A DNA stretch of 64,000 nt from Parcubacteria group bacterium (GCA_041661275.1 JBAZUU010000004.1:71480-135479); one strand, 5' to 3'. Shown: positions 8,724 through 16,814, counted from the first letter of the stretch. The notes: generated by a model not told the origin, from the letters alone. Numbers and translations: made by a program.

Positions 8724-9722
8724 ATGGACAAAAAACATCCGGAATATCAATATTTAGACCTGATGCAAGACATTTTGGATAATGGATCGGATAAAAAACT
8801 GTTTTTCACTCCTGAAGTTCTGAAAGATTATGAAGAAAAAGGCCAAGAACCGCCGGTCATTCGAAGCGTCTTTGGGCGGCAGGCCAGATTTGATATGACC
8901 CAGGGCTTTCCCTTACTTACGACAAAAAAAGTTTTTTGGAAAGGAATTCTTCATGAGCTGCTCTGGTTTTTAAGTGGAAGTTCCAACATAAAATATTTAG
9001 TGGATAATAATGTCCATATTTGGGATGAGTGGGCTTATAAGAGATACAGAAAAAGCGCTATTGAAAAAAATGAGCCCTATATGACACAGGAGGAATTTAT
9101 TTCTAAGATAAAAAATGAACCAGCGGACAGCGAATTTGTGACCAATTGGGGCGACTTGATTGTTGTTTATGGAAAAATGTGGCGTCGTTGGCCAGCTAGC
9201 GATGGTCGAGAAATTGACCAATTAGGCTGGGTAATTCAAGGACTCAAGGACAAACCATTTCGAAAATCGTACGTAGTTTCTGGATGGAATCCTGATTTTA
9301 TCTACGCTATGGCCTCAAGGGGTAATGCCAATGAAGTCCCACCGTTTTGTCATACAACTTTTCAATTCGCAGTTACCGAAGGCAATAAGTTAAATCTTGG
9401 TCTATATCAAAGGAGCGCTGATTTATTTTTAGGTGTCCCGTTTAACATTGCCAGTTACGCTCTTCTTCTTCAAATGGTAGCCCAAGTAACTGGCCTTGAA
9501 GTAGGAGAATTTGTGCATACTTTCGGTGATGTGCATTTGTATTCCAATCACTATGATCAAGTAAGAGAGCAACTTTCCAGAGAACCGAAACCATTGCCGA
9601 CGATAAAAATTAAGCCTGATATAAAAAATATTGATGACTTTAAGTTTGAGGACTTTGAATTGATAAATTATGATCCGCATCCAGCCATCAAGGCGGAGTT
9701 GGCGAATATTGGAGGATTCTAA
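8724..9722 (+). CDS. thyA: Thymidylate synthase ThyA (with ~50-aa insertion as in Lactobacillus-type TS)
   Basis: Near-collinear with E. coli ThyA: [12 protein letters not shown], catalytic [41 protein letters not shown]. Confidence 0.9.
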   Translation: MDKKHPEYQYLDLMQDILDNGSDKKLFFTPEVLKDYEEKGQEPPVIRSVFGRQARFDMTQGFPLLTTKKVFWKGILHELLWFLSGSSNIKYLVDNNVHIWDEWAYKRYRKSAIEKNEPYMTQEEFISKIKNEPADSEFVTNWGDLIVVYGKMWRRWPASDGREIDQLGWVIQGLKDKPFRKSYVVSGWNPDFIYAMASRGNANEVPPFCHTTFQFAVTEGNKLNLGLYQRSADLFLGVPFNIASYALLLQMVAQVTGLEVGEFVHTFGDVHLYSNHYDQVREQLSREPKPLPTIKIKPDIKNIDDFKFEDFELINYDPHPAIKAELANIGGF

Positions 9723-9731
9723 TGATATTAT

Positions 9732-10232
9732 ATGAAAGTTATTTTGATGATGGCTATTACCATGGACGGGAAGATCGCGCGAGATAGCGATCATTTTCCT
9801 GATTGGACGAGTAGGGAAGACAAAAAACTTTTTGCGCGTGTTTCCAAGGAATATGGCGTGGTTATGATGGGAGAAAGGACTTTCAAAACTTTTCCGTCAC
9901 CACTTCCAAATCGCCTAAATGTAGTTTTTACACTGGAGAAAAATCCTCCGGAAACAGAGGGTGTGAAGTGGGTTTCTGGCGAGCCGGAAAAAGTTTTGAA
10001 AGAATTGGAACAAATGGGATATAAGTCAGCTATCCTTGGAGGGGGAGCCTATCTCAACACCTTGTTCTTGAAAAAAGGCCTGATTGACGAAATAATTGTG
10101 ACAGTTGAGCCAAAAATATTCGGCGCCGGACTTTCGCTTTTTTCGGAAGAAGTGGGTGTGAATCTGAAATTGATAGAAACGGAAAAGATAAATGAAGATT
10201 CTATCGTACTAAAATATAAAGTTATTAAATAA
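9732..10232 (+). CDS. Dihydrofolate reductase family protein (RibD C-terminal-domain type)
   Basis: MKVILMMAITMDGKIA... and GGGAYLNTLFLKKGLIDEIIVTVEPKIFG match the RibD_C/DHFR-like fold. Located immediately after thyA. Confidence 0.6.
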   Translation: MKVILMMAITMDGKIARDSDHFPDWTSREDKKLFARVSKEYGVVMMGERTFKTFPSPLPNRLNVVFTLEKNPPETEGVKWVSGEPEKVLKELEQMGYKSAILGGGAYLNTLFLKKGLIDEIIVTVEPKIFGAGLSLFSEEVGVNLKLIETEKINEDSIVLKYKVIK

Positions 10233-10238
10233 AAAAAT

Positions 10239-10811
10239 ATGATTTTAGGGATCAAAGAGCTTCACCGGTTGGTTTCCGAACAAAAATTGGTAGAAAATTT
10301 GTGCGAGCGGGAAATGAATAATCCGGAAGGAGCGGGGTTTGATTTGCGACTGGGAGAAGTGTATGAAATGGTAAGTGACCCTTCGACAGGCTCAGGGCAA
10401 GATGGGTTCCTGGGAGTAGAAGAAAGGCAGACGCCGGAAATTAAGCTTGTTGCTAAAGATGATCCGACAAAAGAAGAAGCAGAAAATTTTTTTGTGTTCG
10501 AACCGGGAAAATATTATCTCATAAAAACGATGGAGAAAGTGAATCTGCCAGTAACACTTTCCGGAATAATTTTTCCGCGGACAACTATGTTTCGCTCGGG
10601 GCTGGGACTGTTTAATGGTGTGGTGCAACCCGGTTATCAAGGCGAACTGACTTTTGGCGTTTGCAATCTTGGAAAGAGCAATATAAAAGTTTCTTTTGGC
10701 GCTCGCGTGGTGCATATCACATTCCACGAAGTTTTGGGAGAAGGCAACCAATACCGCGGACAGTGGCAAGGCGGAAGAGTGGCAACGGGAGGGAAAGAAG
10801 TGCAGGTTTAA
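10239..10811 (+). CDS. dcd: dCTP deaminase
   Basis: GAGFDLRLGEVYEM, the dUTPase-fold motif GIIFPRTTMFRSGL, and GYQGELTFGVCNLG. Confidence 0.85.
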   Translation: MILGIKELHRLVSEQKLVENLCEREMNNPEGAGFDLRLGEVYEMVSDPSTGSGQDGFLGVEERQTPEIKLVAKDDPTKEEAENFFVFEPGKYYLIKTMEKVNLPVTLSGIIFPRTTMFRSGLGLFNGVVQPGYQGELTFGVCNLGKSNIKVSFGARVVHITFHEVLGEGNQYRGQWQGGRVATGGKEVQV

Positions 10812-10831
10812 TATTTCTTCATAAATTAATT

Positions 10832-10859
10832 AAGACCCGCCGATGACGGGTCTTTTTTA
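10832..10859. terminator. Bidirectional intrinsic terminator between dcd (+) and the BtpA-like gene (-)
   Basis: agacccgccgatgacgggtct followed by tttttt. An A-run lies on the other side. Confidence 0.6.
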
Positions 10860-10876
10860 ATTTCGTAAATTCTACG

Positions 10877-11575
10877 TTATTTGACAGCGTTGATCAGTTC
10901 TTCCGTAAGAGACGGGTCGAGATTGTAAAAATTCCGGCTAATACTTGTAGCAACCAAAAAGAACTGGCATTCAGGGTAAAGTTTTACATTTTCAACGCTG
11001 ATGCCGCTAGCTATCGCCAATGGAACATTGCCAGCGACTTTCTTCATGCGGCTGATCTTTTCAGGATCGGGCGGGCTTCCTGTTTTCCTCCCACTTGTGG
11101 TTATAACGTCCATGTAGCGTATTGCTAGTTCAGTCGCTCTTTCAACGTTATCGACAAGTGATTGATACTTGAAAGCTACTCCGCCAAAATACATTCCCTT
11201 CCAGCCACTTTTTTTTCTAGCCATTGCTATGAGCTCGGGCTCATTTTGATGTTCAGTTTGTTCGTTGATCATGGCGTTGTCAGTCCAAATGGCGGAGGCG
11301 CTTTCTGGAATAACCTCGAAAACCTCTCTTGGAGCAAGGTCTAAAAAATTCAGACCGATCCACCAGTCAGGAAAAATATTTCGAACGGCCTGATAAATGT
11401 AAAGCAGATCGTTACACAAGATATTGTGGTTGATTAAAAAAATCCCGTCGCAACCAGCTCTCTTAGCGATGGTTGCATTGGCCAAGGCTTGATTAACATT
11501 GCTTACATGAATTACGGGCAATACAACATGCTTTTTGTCGGGAAAATCATTTTTTGGCATCGCTATTACCTCCAT
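10877..11575 (-). CDS. BtpA/SgcQ-family TIM-barrel protein
   Basis: VLPVIHVSNV..., TSGRKTGSPPDPEKI and AIASGISVENVK...FLVATSI are consistent with PF03437 (BtpA). Confidence 0.5.
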   Translation of the reverse strand: MEVIAMPKNDFPDKKHVVLPVIHVSNVNQALANATIAKRAGCDGIFLINHNILCNDLLYIYQAVRNIFPDWWIGLNFLDLAPREVFEVIPESASAIWTDNAMINEQTEHQNEPELIAMARKKSGWKGMYFGGVAFKYQSLVDNVERATELAIRYMDVITTSGRKTGSPPDPEKISRMKKVAGNVPLAIASGISVENVKLYPECQFFLVATSISRNFYNLDPSLTEELINAVK

Positions 11576-11721
11576 AAGGGTTTATAATGAACTTTTTATC
11601 CAAAAGCAACGTTAGCTTGTAGATTATATCAGATTAAAATAGAATATAGTTATTGTCAATGAAACAAGTTGCCAGCCGTCATTTTTTTGGTTAGAATAAG
11701 AAAGTACTAAATATAGCAATT

Positions 11722-13197
11722 ATGGCCAAATATACACCAGTCATTGGAATGGAAGTTCATGTGGAGTTGAAAACTGCTTCCAAGATGTTTTGTGATTCTA
11801 AAAATGGCTTGGGATTGGAAAGGGAACCGAACGTGAACATTTGTCCTGTTTGTACTGGCCAGCCAGGAACATTGCCAGTGCCTAATGCTGAAGCGATAAA
11901 ATTCGTTCAGATGGCCGGGCTGGCTTTGAATTGCGAACTCAATCTCAGTACTAAATTTGATAGAAAAAATTATTTTTATCCAGACCTTCCGAAAGGTTAT
12001 CAGATATCCCAATACGACCAACCACTTTGCGGAAAGGGAAGTCTGAAAATAAACGGGAAAGAAATTGGAATAACCAGGATCCATCTGGAAGAAGATACGG
12101 GAAAGCTTATTCATCCCAAAGGTGTGGATTATACCTTGGTAGATTTTAATCGGGCTGGCGTGCCGCTTATGGAGCTGGTAACTGAACCGGATATTGAATC
12201 GGGGGAAGAAGCCAGGATTTTTTGTCAAAAATTACAACAAATATGTCGATACTTAGGTATTTCTGATGCTGATATGGAAAAAGGAATGATGAGATGCGAA
12301 GCCAACATCTCGGTCTATAGAAAGGGCGAAGATAAACTCTCTGGAACGAAAGTGGAAGTGAAAAACATCAACTCTTTCAAGTTTGTGGAAAAGGCTATTG
12401 CTTATGAAATAGAAAGACAGATCGAAGTTCTGGAATCGGGGAAAAAAGTGGTTCAGGAAACACGCGGCTATGATTCTAATAGGAGCGCGACAGTATCACA
12501 AAGGACAAAAGAATCCGCCCATGACTACCGCTATTTCCCAGAGCCGGACATTCCGCCGCTAAAATTCACTAAGGATTATTTTGATGATTTGAAAAAACAT
12601 CTTCCGGAATTGCCGGAGGCAAAAATAATCCGCATAAAAGAGGAATATAAATTACCCGAAGCTGATGTGGAGATAATTGTTTCTGATAAAGACCTGGCTG
12701 ATTATTTTGAAGATGTAGTCAGTGAACTCAAAGAAAAGATAAGCTGCAAAGAATTCGAGGTTGATGAGAAAAAAGCAATAAAACTGGCGGCTAACTATAT
12801 TATCACTGAACTGCGAAAACACCTGACCGAACATAATCATGGTATAGCCGACATAGAAATCACTCCGGAAAATTATGCGGAACTCATTTGTATTGTGGCC
12901 AGTGGAAAAATAAATTCCAGCGCGGCGCAGACAGTTCTCGCTGAAATGTACAAAACCGGTGGCGATCCGTCACAGATAATAGAGTCAAAAAATTTGGCGC
13001 AGGTGAGTGATGAGGAAGAGCTGGAAAAAATAGTGGAAAGAATAATTTCTGATAATCAGCAGTCCGCGGACGATTATAAGGCGGGAAAAGAAAACGCGTT
13101 GAAATTTTTGATGGGACAGGTAATGAAGGAAACGAAAGGGAAGGCTAACCCGCAGGTTGTCGGAGAAATTTTGAAAAATAAATTGAGTATTAAATAA
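11722..13197 (+). CDS. gatB: Asp/Glu-tRNA(Asn/Gln) amidotransferase subunit B
   Basis: MAKYTPVIGMEVHVELKT..., the ICPVCTGQPGTLPVPN segment and a C-terminal GatB/YqeY domain. Confidence 0.9.
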   Translation: MAKYTPVIGMEVHVELKTASKMFCDSKNGLGLEREPNVNICPVCTGQPGTLPVPNAEAIKFVQMAGLALNCELNLSTKFDRKNYFYPDLPKGYQISQYDQPLCGKGSLKINGKEIGITRIHLEEDTGKLIHPKGVDYTLVDFNRAGVPLMELVTEPDIESGEEARIFCQKLQQICRYLGISDADMEKGMMRCEANISVYRKGEDKLSGTKVEVKNINSFKFVEKAIAYEIERQIEVLESGKKVVQETRGYDSNRSATVSQRTKESAHDYRYFPEPDIPPLKFTKDYFDDLKKHLPELPEAKIIRIKEEYKLPEADVEIIVSDKDLADYFEDVVSELKEKISCKEFEVDEKKAIKLAANYIITELRKHLTEHNHGIADIEITPENYAELICIVASGKINSSAAQTVLAEMYKTGGDPSQIIESKNLAQVSDEEELEKIVERIISDNQQSADDYKAGKENALKFLMGQVMKETKGKANPQVVGEILKNKLSIK

Positions 13198-13255
13198 AAA
13201 GAGGGGGTTCGCCAACGAGCGGACGTTTTGTTAACCTAAACGGAGGGGATGCGTA

Positions 13256-13444
13256 ATGACGGTTTGTCAGAAAAGAGGGGAAGGGACAGGGAGCGAGGGT
13301 GACTGCTTATGTATCAAGTGTGATAGTCACCTTGGTCCAATCCTGTGTGACAAGGGGAGTTGCGGGAAGTGCAGTGTTCACATCATAACCCATGATGAAT
13401 GCGTCATGGCAAGGAGCTCCTGCATTCCCAAGGATCAATACTAG
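13256..13444 (+). CDS. Small Cys-rich protein (62 aa, 11 Cys) in a GC-rich island
   Basis: Strong SD ggagggg 7 nt upstream. Cysteine pattern C-x13-CLC-x2-C-x8-C-x4-C-x2-C. Local GC is clearly above the flanks. Confidence 0.35.
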   Translation: MTVCQKRGEGTGSEGDCLCIKCDSHLGPILCDKGSCGKCSVHIITHDECVMARSSCIPKDQY

Positions 13445-13656
13445 GCGATGTCGTCAAAAAAGTCCCGGGCCAAGCCTCGGGACTAAAATTTATACAGTTG
13501 ACGAGTTTTCTATAGAGTGCTATGATGGTTAAAATATGAAAAGCTACAGGAAGCGAAAGAAATATCCACTAGCGATTAAAACAATTTTTATAGTTTTCCG
13601 ATAAAACCCCGAGAGGGGATTTTTTTTTCGTCCTTTTACAAAAAAAGGGAGGTTTT

Positions 13657-13869
13657 ATGAGAAGAAAGCATATAAGTAATGTCATTGAAAATGGTCACAG
13701 TACACGTTGCCTGATTTGCGGAAAAATAAAGCCGGCAATCATAGTTGAGGTTAGCCTGGAAGATGGAAAAGTGATAAATCTTTGCAATCTGGACGCGTGC
13801 AAAATTTGTTTTTGGAAAAGCTGTTTTTTGCGAAGTCAATTTTGTATCGGCCAGGGTATCAGTGATTAA
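13657..13869 (+). CDS. Small zinc-ribbon-like protein (70 aa)
   Basis: SD aagggagg upstream. Motifs CLICGK ... CNLDACKIC. Confidence 0.35.
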   Translation: MRRKHISNVIENGHSTRCLICGKIKPAIIVEVSLEDGKVINLCNLDACKICFWKSCFLRSQFCIGQGISD

Positions 13870-13917
13870 CCGCAACGCGGTTTGGGCGTATGATAGTCCA
13901 ACCTATCATATTGCCCT

Positions 13918-14925
13918 TTATTTTTTCAAAAATTTATTTATTTCCGATTCTGTCTTTTTATACTCGTCAATCCATTTTATACGCGTATCTTTTCTGAACC
14001 ACGTCATCTGCCGTTTGGCATAGTCTTTTTCAGCTCGGAGTATTTTTTGAAATAGTTCCTCCTTGGTTGCGATCTCACCTCTGAGATACTTAGGAATCAA
14101 AAAGTATCCAAGACCAAAGCTTTCTATTTTTTTCCAGGACAGTTTTTCTTTGGAATGTAAATTTTCCACTTCCCTTATCATTCCTTTCGCGAATCTTTTT
14201 CGAAGACGTTTTTCAATGTTTTGGTGGAGTTTTTCTTTGGGGAGATTGATGCCGATCTGGAGAAAGTTATAATTACGTGGTTTTAATTTAGAACCCTCTC
14301 CTGTCGCGAAGACGCGACATCCTCTCCCGAGGGGAGAGGAGGAATTTCTTCTTCCACCCTCTCCCTTCGGGAGAGGGTCATTCGACGAAGTCGAATGGGG
14401 AGAGGGAACCTTACCTAACGTCTTACAAATTTCTATGGCTCTTATTAACCGTACTTTGTTTTTGGCGTCAATACTTTTGGCTCGCTGGGGATCTAGTTTT
14501 TTTAGCATTGTGAATAATTTTTCCGCCGAATAATTACGTAAATAATTACGTAATTTCCAATCAGGTTTTACTTCCGGGTAGATTACATTATCAACAATGG
14601 CTTTTATCCAAAAGCCAGTGCCTCCACAGATAATGGGCAATTTCCCACGTTTCAGGATATCCTTAATAATCTTTTCGGCATCTTTTTTAAATTTAGCGGC
14701 GTTGTAATTTGTTCGCGGACTGACGATATCAATCATATAATGTTTAGCTAGCTTCTGTTCAGCTTTAGTAATCTTACCTGTTCCAATATCCAGTCCGCGA
14801 TAGATTTGTCTTGAGTCAGCGGAAATAATTTCACCGTTGAATTTTTTGGCAAGTCGAATTGCCACATCCGATTTTCCGGAAGATGTGGAGCCGAGGATGA
14901 CGATTATCTTATTATTTCCTTCCAT
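13918..14925 (-). CDS. miaA: tRNA dimethylallyltransferase MiaA carrying in-frame palindromic insertions
   Basis: IIVILGSTSSGKSDVAIRLAKKFNGEIISADSRQIY P-loop. ~38 aa (PSPHSTSSNDPLPKGEGGRRNSSSPLGRGCRVFATGEG) derive from the palindromic repeat at 14294-14406. Confidence 0.85.
   Translation of the reverse strand: MEGNNKIIVILGSTSSGKSDVAIRLAKKFNGEIISADSRQIYRGLDIGTGKITKAEQKLAKHYMIDIVSPRTNYNAAKFKKDAEKIIKDILKRGKLPIICGGTGFWIKAIVDNVIYPEVKPDWKLRNYLRNYSAEKLFTMLKKLDPQRAKSIDAKNKVRLIRAIEICKTLGKVPSPHSTSSNDPLPKGEGGRRNSSSPLGRGCRVFATGEGSKLKPRNYNFLQIGINLPKEKLHQNIEKRLRKRFAKGMIREVENLHSKEKLSWKKIESFGLGYFLIPKYLRGEIATKEELFQKILRAEKDYAKRQMTWFRKDTRIKWIDEYKKTESEINKFLKK
14294..14406. repeat. Family-B palindromic element (two tandem CCCTCTCC...GGGAGAGG hairpins) inside the miaA CDS
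   Basis: ccctctcctgtcgcgaagacgcgacatcctctcccgaggggagagg + ccaccctctcccttcgggagagggtcattcgacgaagtcgaatggggagaggg. Related copies at 24565-24625 and 54688-54739. Confidence 0.6.
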
Positions 14926-16159
14926 ATCTTATTAACTCTCTTAAGACTTTTTCTCTCCTTTTCTTTTCCGGCAAATCGACCGTTTCTTTCATCTTCCACG
15001 CGGCAGTATCGGGGCGGGGAGAATATTTATTGATATATGCTTCATTGTAGCTGACAGTTTTGAAAACTTTTATTGACTCGGAGAAATCCTTTTTGGCTTC
15101 ACCCGGGAAGCCGACGATTATGTCAGTAGTAAATTCGGCTTCTGGAATTATTTTTTTTATCTTTTTAATGAGATTCAGATAATACTTTTGCGTGTATGGT
15201 CGGTTCATGGCCTTGAGAATCTTGTCGCTTCCAGCCTGGACAGGCAAATGGATCTCTCGGGAAATATTTTTGTTTTTGGCAATAACTTTTATCAGTTCGT
15301 TAGAAAAATCTTTGGGGTGAGAGGTTAAAAACTTGAAGCGAATTTGAGGGTTTGATTTGGCAAGGTAATCCAAGAGTTTCGGAAAGTCTACAGTGACAGA
15401 ATTTTTAATTTTTAATTTTAAATTTTTAATCAATTTTAAATTTCCTAATTTTGAATTTTTAAACTCATAGTTATAACTATTAACGTTCTGTCCGAGAAGA
15501 GTTATTTCTTTGCAGTCATTTTTTGTCAGCGATTTTATTTCTTTGATAATATCTTCTACGGGTCTCGAAATCTCTCTACCTCTGGCGTAGGGGACGACGC
15601 AATAGGAGCAGAAGTTGTTACAGCCGGTCATTATCGGCACGTACACTTTATTGTTGTTAATGTATTTTGGAATAATATCCAAATAAGAACCGTCATTCTG
15701 AGCGGAATGACCCCGCCCTTGGCGGGGGAATGTAGCCGAAGAATCTGCCTTTTGGGTTTTCTGGTTATATTTTTTAGTAGATCCTTCGACTACGTTCCGA
15801 TAAGAATCGGAACTTCGCTCAGGATGACGGACTAAGAGAGGTTTTAATTTTTCCGGAAAATTATTTATATTACAGAATAAATCAACCTTATCTTCTAATC
15901 TTCTTTGCACGTCTTTTCTGTCGGCAAGGCAGCCGGTGAGGATGATAGTAATTTTTGGGTTTGATTTTCGTAGATTATGCACAAGTCCATAAACCCTATT
16001 TTCCGCCGACTGACGCACGCCGCAAGTATTGAAAATCACCAAGTTGGCCTGGTTTATATCTTTGGTTGGTTTAATTCTATGCGTTTCTAGAAACCCAGCA
16101 ATTCGCTCGGAATCGCTTTCATTCATTTGACAGCCGAAAGTTTTGATGTAATATTTCAT
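14912..16159 (-). CDS. miaB: tRNA-i6A37 methylthiotransferase MiaB carrying an in-frame MITE insertion
   Basis: MKYYIKTFGCQMNESDSERIAG MTTase N-terminus and radical SAM GCNNFCSYC. A 47-codon insert (15690-15830) is the family-A repeat. Confidence 0.85.
   Translation of the reverse strand: MKYYIKTFGCQMNESDSERIAGFLETHRIKPTKDINQANLVIFNTCGVRQSAENRVYGLVHNLRKSNPKITIILTGCLADRKDVQRRLEDKVDLFCNINNFPEKLKPLLVRHPERSSDSYRNVVEGSTKKYNQKTQKADSSATFPRQGRGHSAQNDGSYLDIIPKYINNNKVYVPIMTGCNNFCSYCVVPYARGREISRPVEDIIKEIKSLTKNDCKEITLLGQNVNSYNYEFKNSKLGNLKLIKNLKLKIKNSVTVDFPKLLDYLAKSNPQIRFKFLTSHPKDFSNELIKVIAKNKNISREIHLPVQAGSDKILKAMNRPYTQKYYLNLIKKIKKIIPEAEFTTDIIVGFPGEAKKDFSESIKVFKTVSYNEAYINKYSPRPDTAAWKMKETVDLPEKKRREKVLRELIRYGRK
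15690..15830. repeat. Family-A MITE-like nested-hairpin repeat, copy 1 (141 bp, inside miaB CDS, in frame)
   Basis: ccgtcattctgagcggaatga...gaagaatctgcc...agatccttcgactacgttcc...cgctcaggatgacgg. Both the outer and the inner inverted repeats are present. Confidence 0.7.
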
Positions 16160-16224
16160 AGAAGTTCTTGTGGGTAAAGTGGTATCCATTAGGATACTAA
16201 AATATTAACGAATTATCAAGGAGG

Positions 16225-16431
16225 ATGGCCATGGAACGAGGTGAAGAAATCACTCCCAAAGAGAGAGAAATTTGGGAAAGGAGAGGCGTATATTACTTCG
16301 TTTTCCAAACAAGCGACAGGGGTCTCTATATGGAAGGCCCTAATGGATCATCTCGGCCCATTGAGGATGGGATGGCTCACGGAAAAAACGGCTGGACAAG
16401 GCATTCACCGCCGGTTGGGATTTTGGACTGA
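16225..16431 (+). CDS. Hypothetical small protein (68 aa) in a GC-rich island
   Basis: Perfect SD aaggagg 6 nt before the ATG. No homology recognised. Confidence 0.25.
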   Translation: MAMERGEEITPKEREIWERRGVYYFVFQTSDRGLYMEGPNGSSRPIEDGMAHGKNGWTRHSPPVGILD

Positions 16432-16449
16432 AAATCAAGGAGATCTGTT

Positions 16450-16740
16450 ATGACGGTCAAAAGCATAAGAGAGATTTTATCAGAAGGAGGAACATTATTA
16501 CGAGTAGATATCGCAGGTCAAACGACCGCCGAATATGCTACGCATGCACGGCTGGATAGGTCTACTCTTTATCTCACATGTCCGACTCGCGGATTAGGGC
16601 TTAGCGATAATCTGGTTGATATCGCTTATGAGAAAAGGGTGCCTGCCGCAAAGGTTTGGGGTTTACGCTGGGTTTCTGTGCATGTAACAGCGTTTATCTT
16701 GAGGGAAGTTCAGCCAGACTCAGAATTATTTTTTAAGTAA
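16450..16740 (+). CDS. Hypothetical protein (96 aa) in a GC-rich island
   Basis: SD aaggag before the ATG. Followed by the terminator aaaagggctgcgaattgtgcagccct + T-run at ~16775-16808. Confidence 0.35.
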   Translation: MTVKSIREILSEGGTLLRVDIAGQTTAEYATHARLDRSTLYLTCPTRGLGLSDNLVDIAYEKRVPAAKVWGLRWVSVHVTAFILREVQPDSELFFK

Positions 16741-16814
16741 AATAAGTTCTTTGAGTTTTTAAAACAGATAATAAAAAGGGCTGCGAATTGTGCAGCCCTA
16801 GTATTTTTTCTAGG

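Noticed and set aside
8232-8750. 172-aa ORF on the minus strand
   Set aside because: Entirely antisense to the dCMP deaminase and thyA start. Low-complexity translation and no start context. Judged a spurious antisense frame.
16200-16745. Possible RNase P / tmRNA in the GC-rich island between miaB and thrS
   Set aside because: No conserved core motifs of these RNAs. Two ORFs with near-perfect Shine-Dalgarno sequences make small proteins the better guess.
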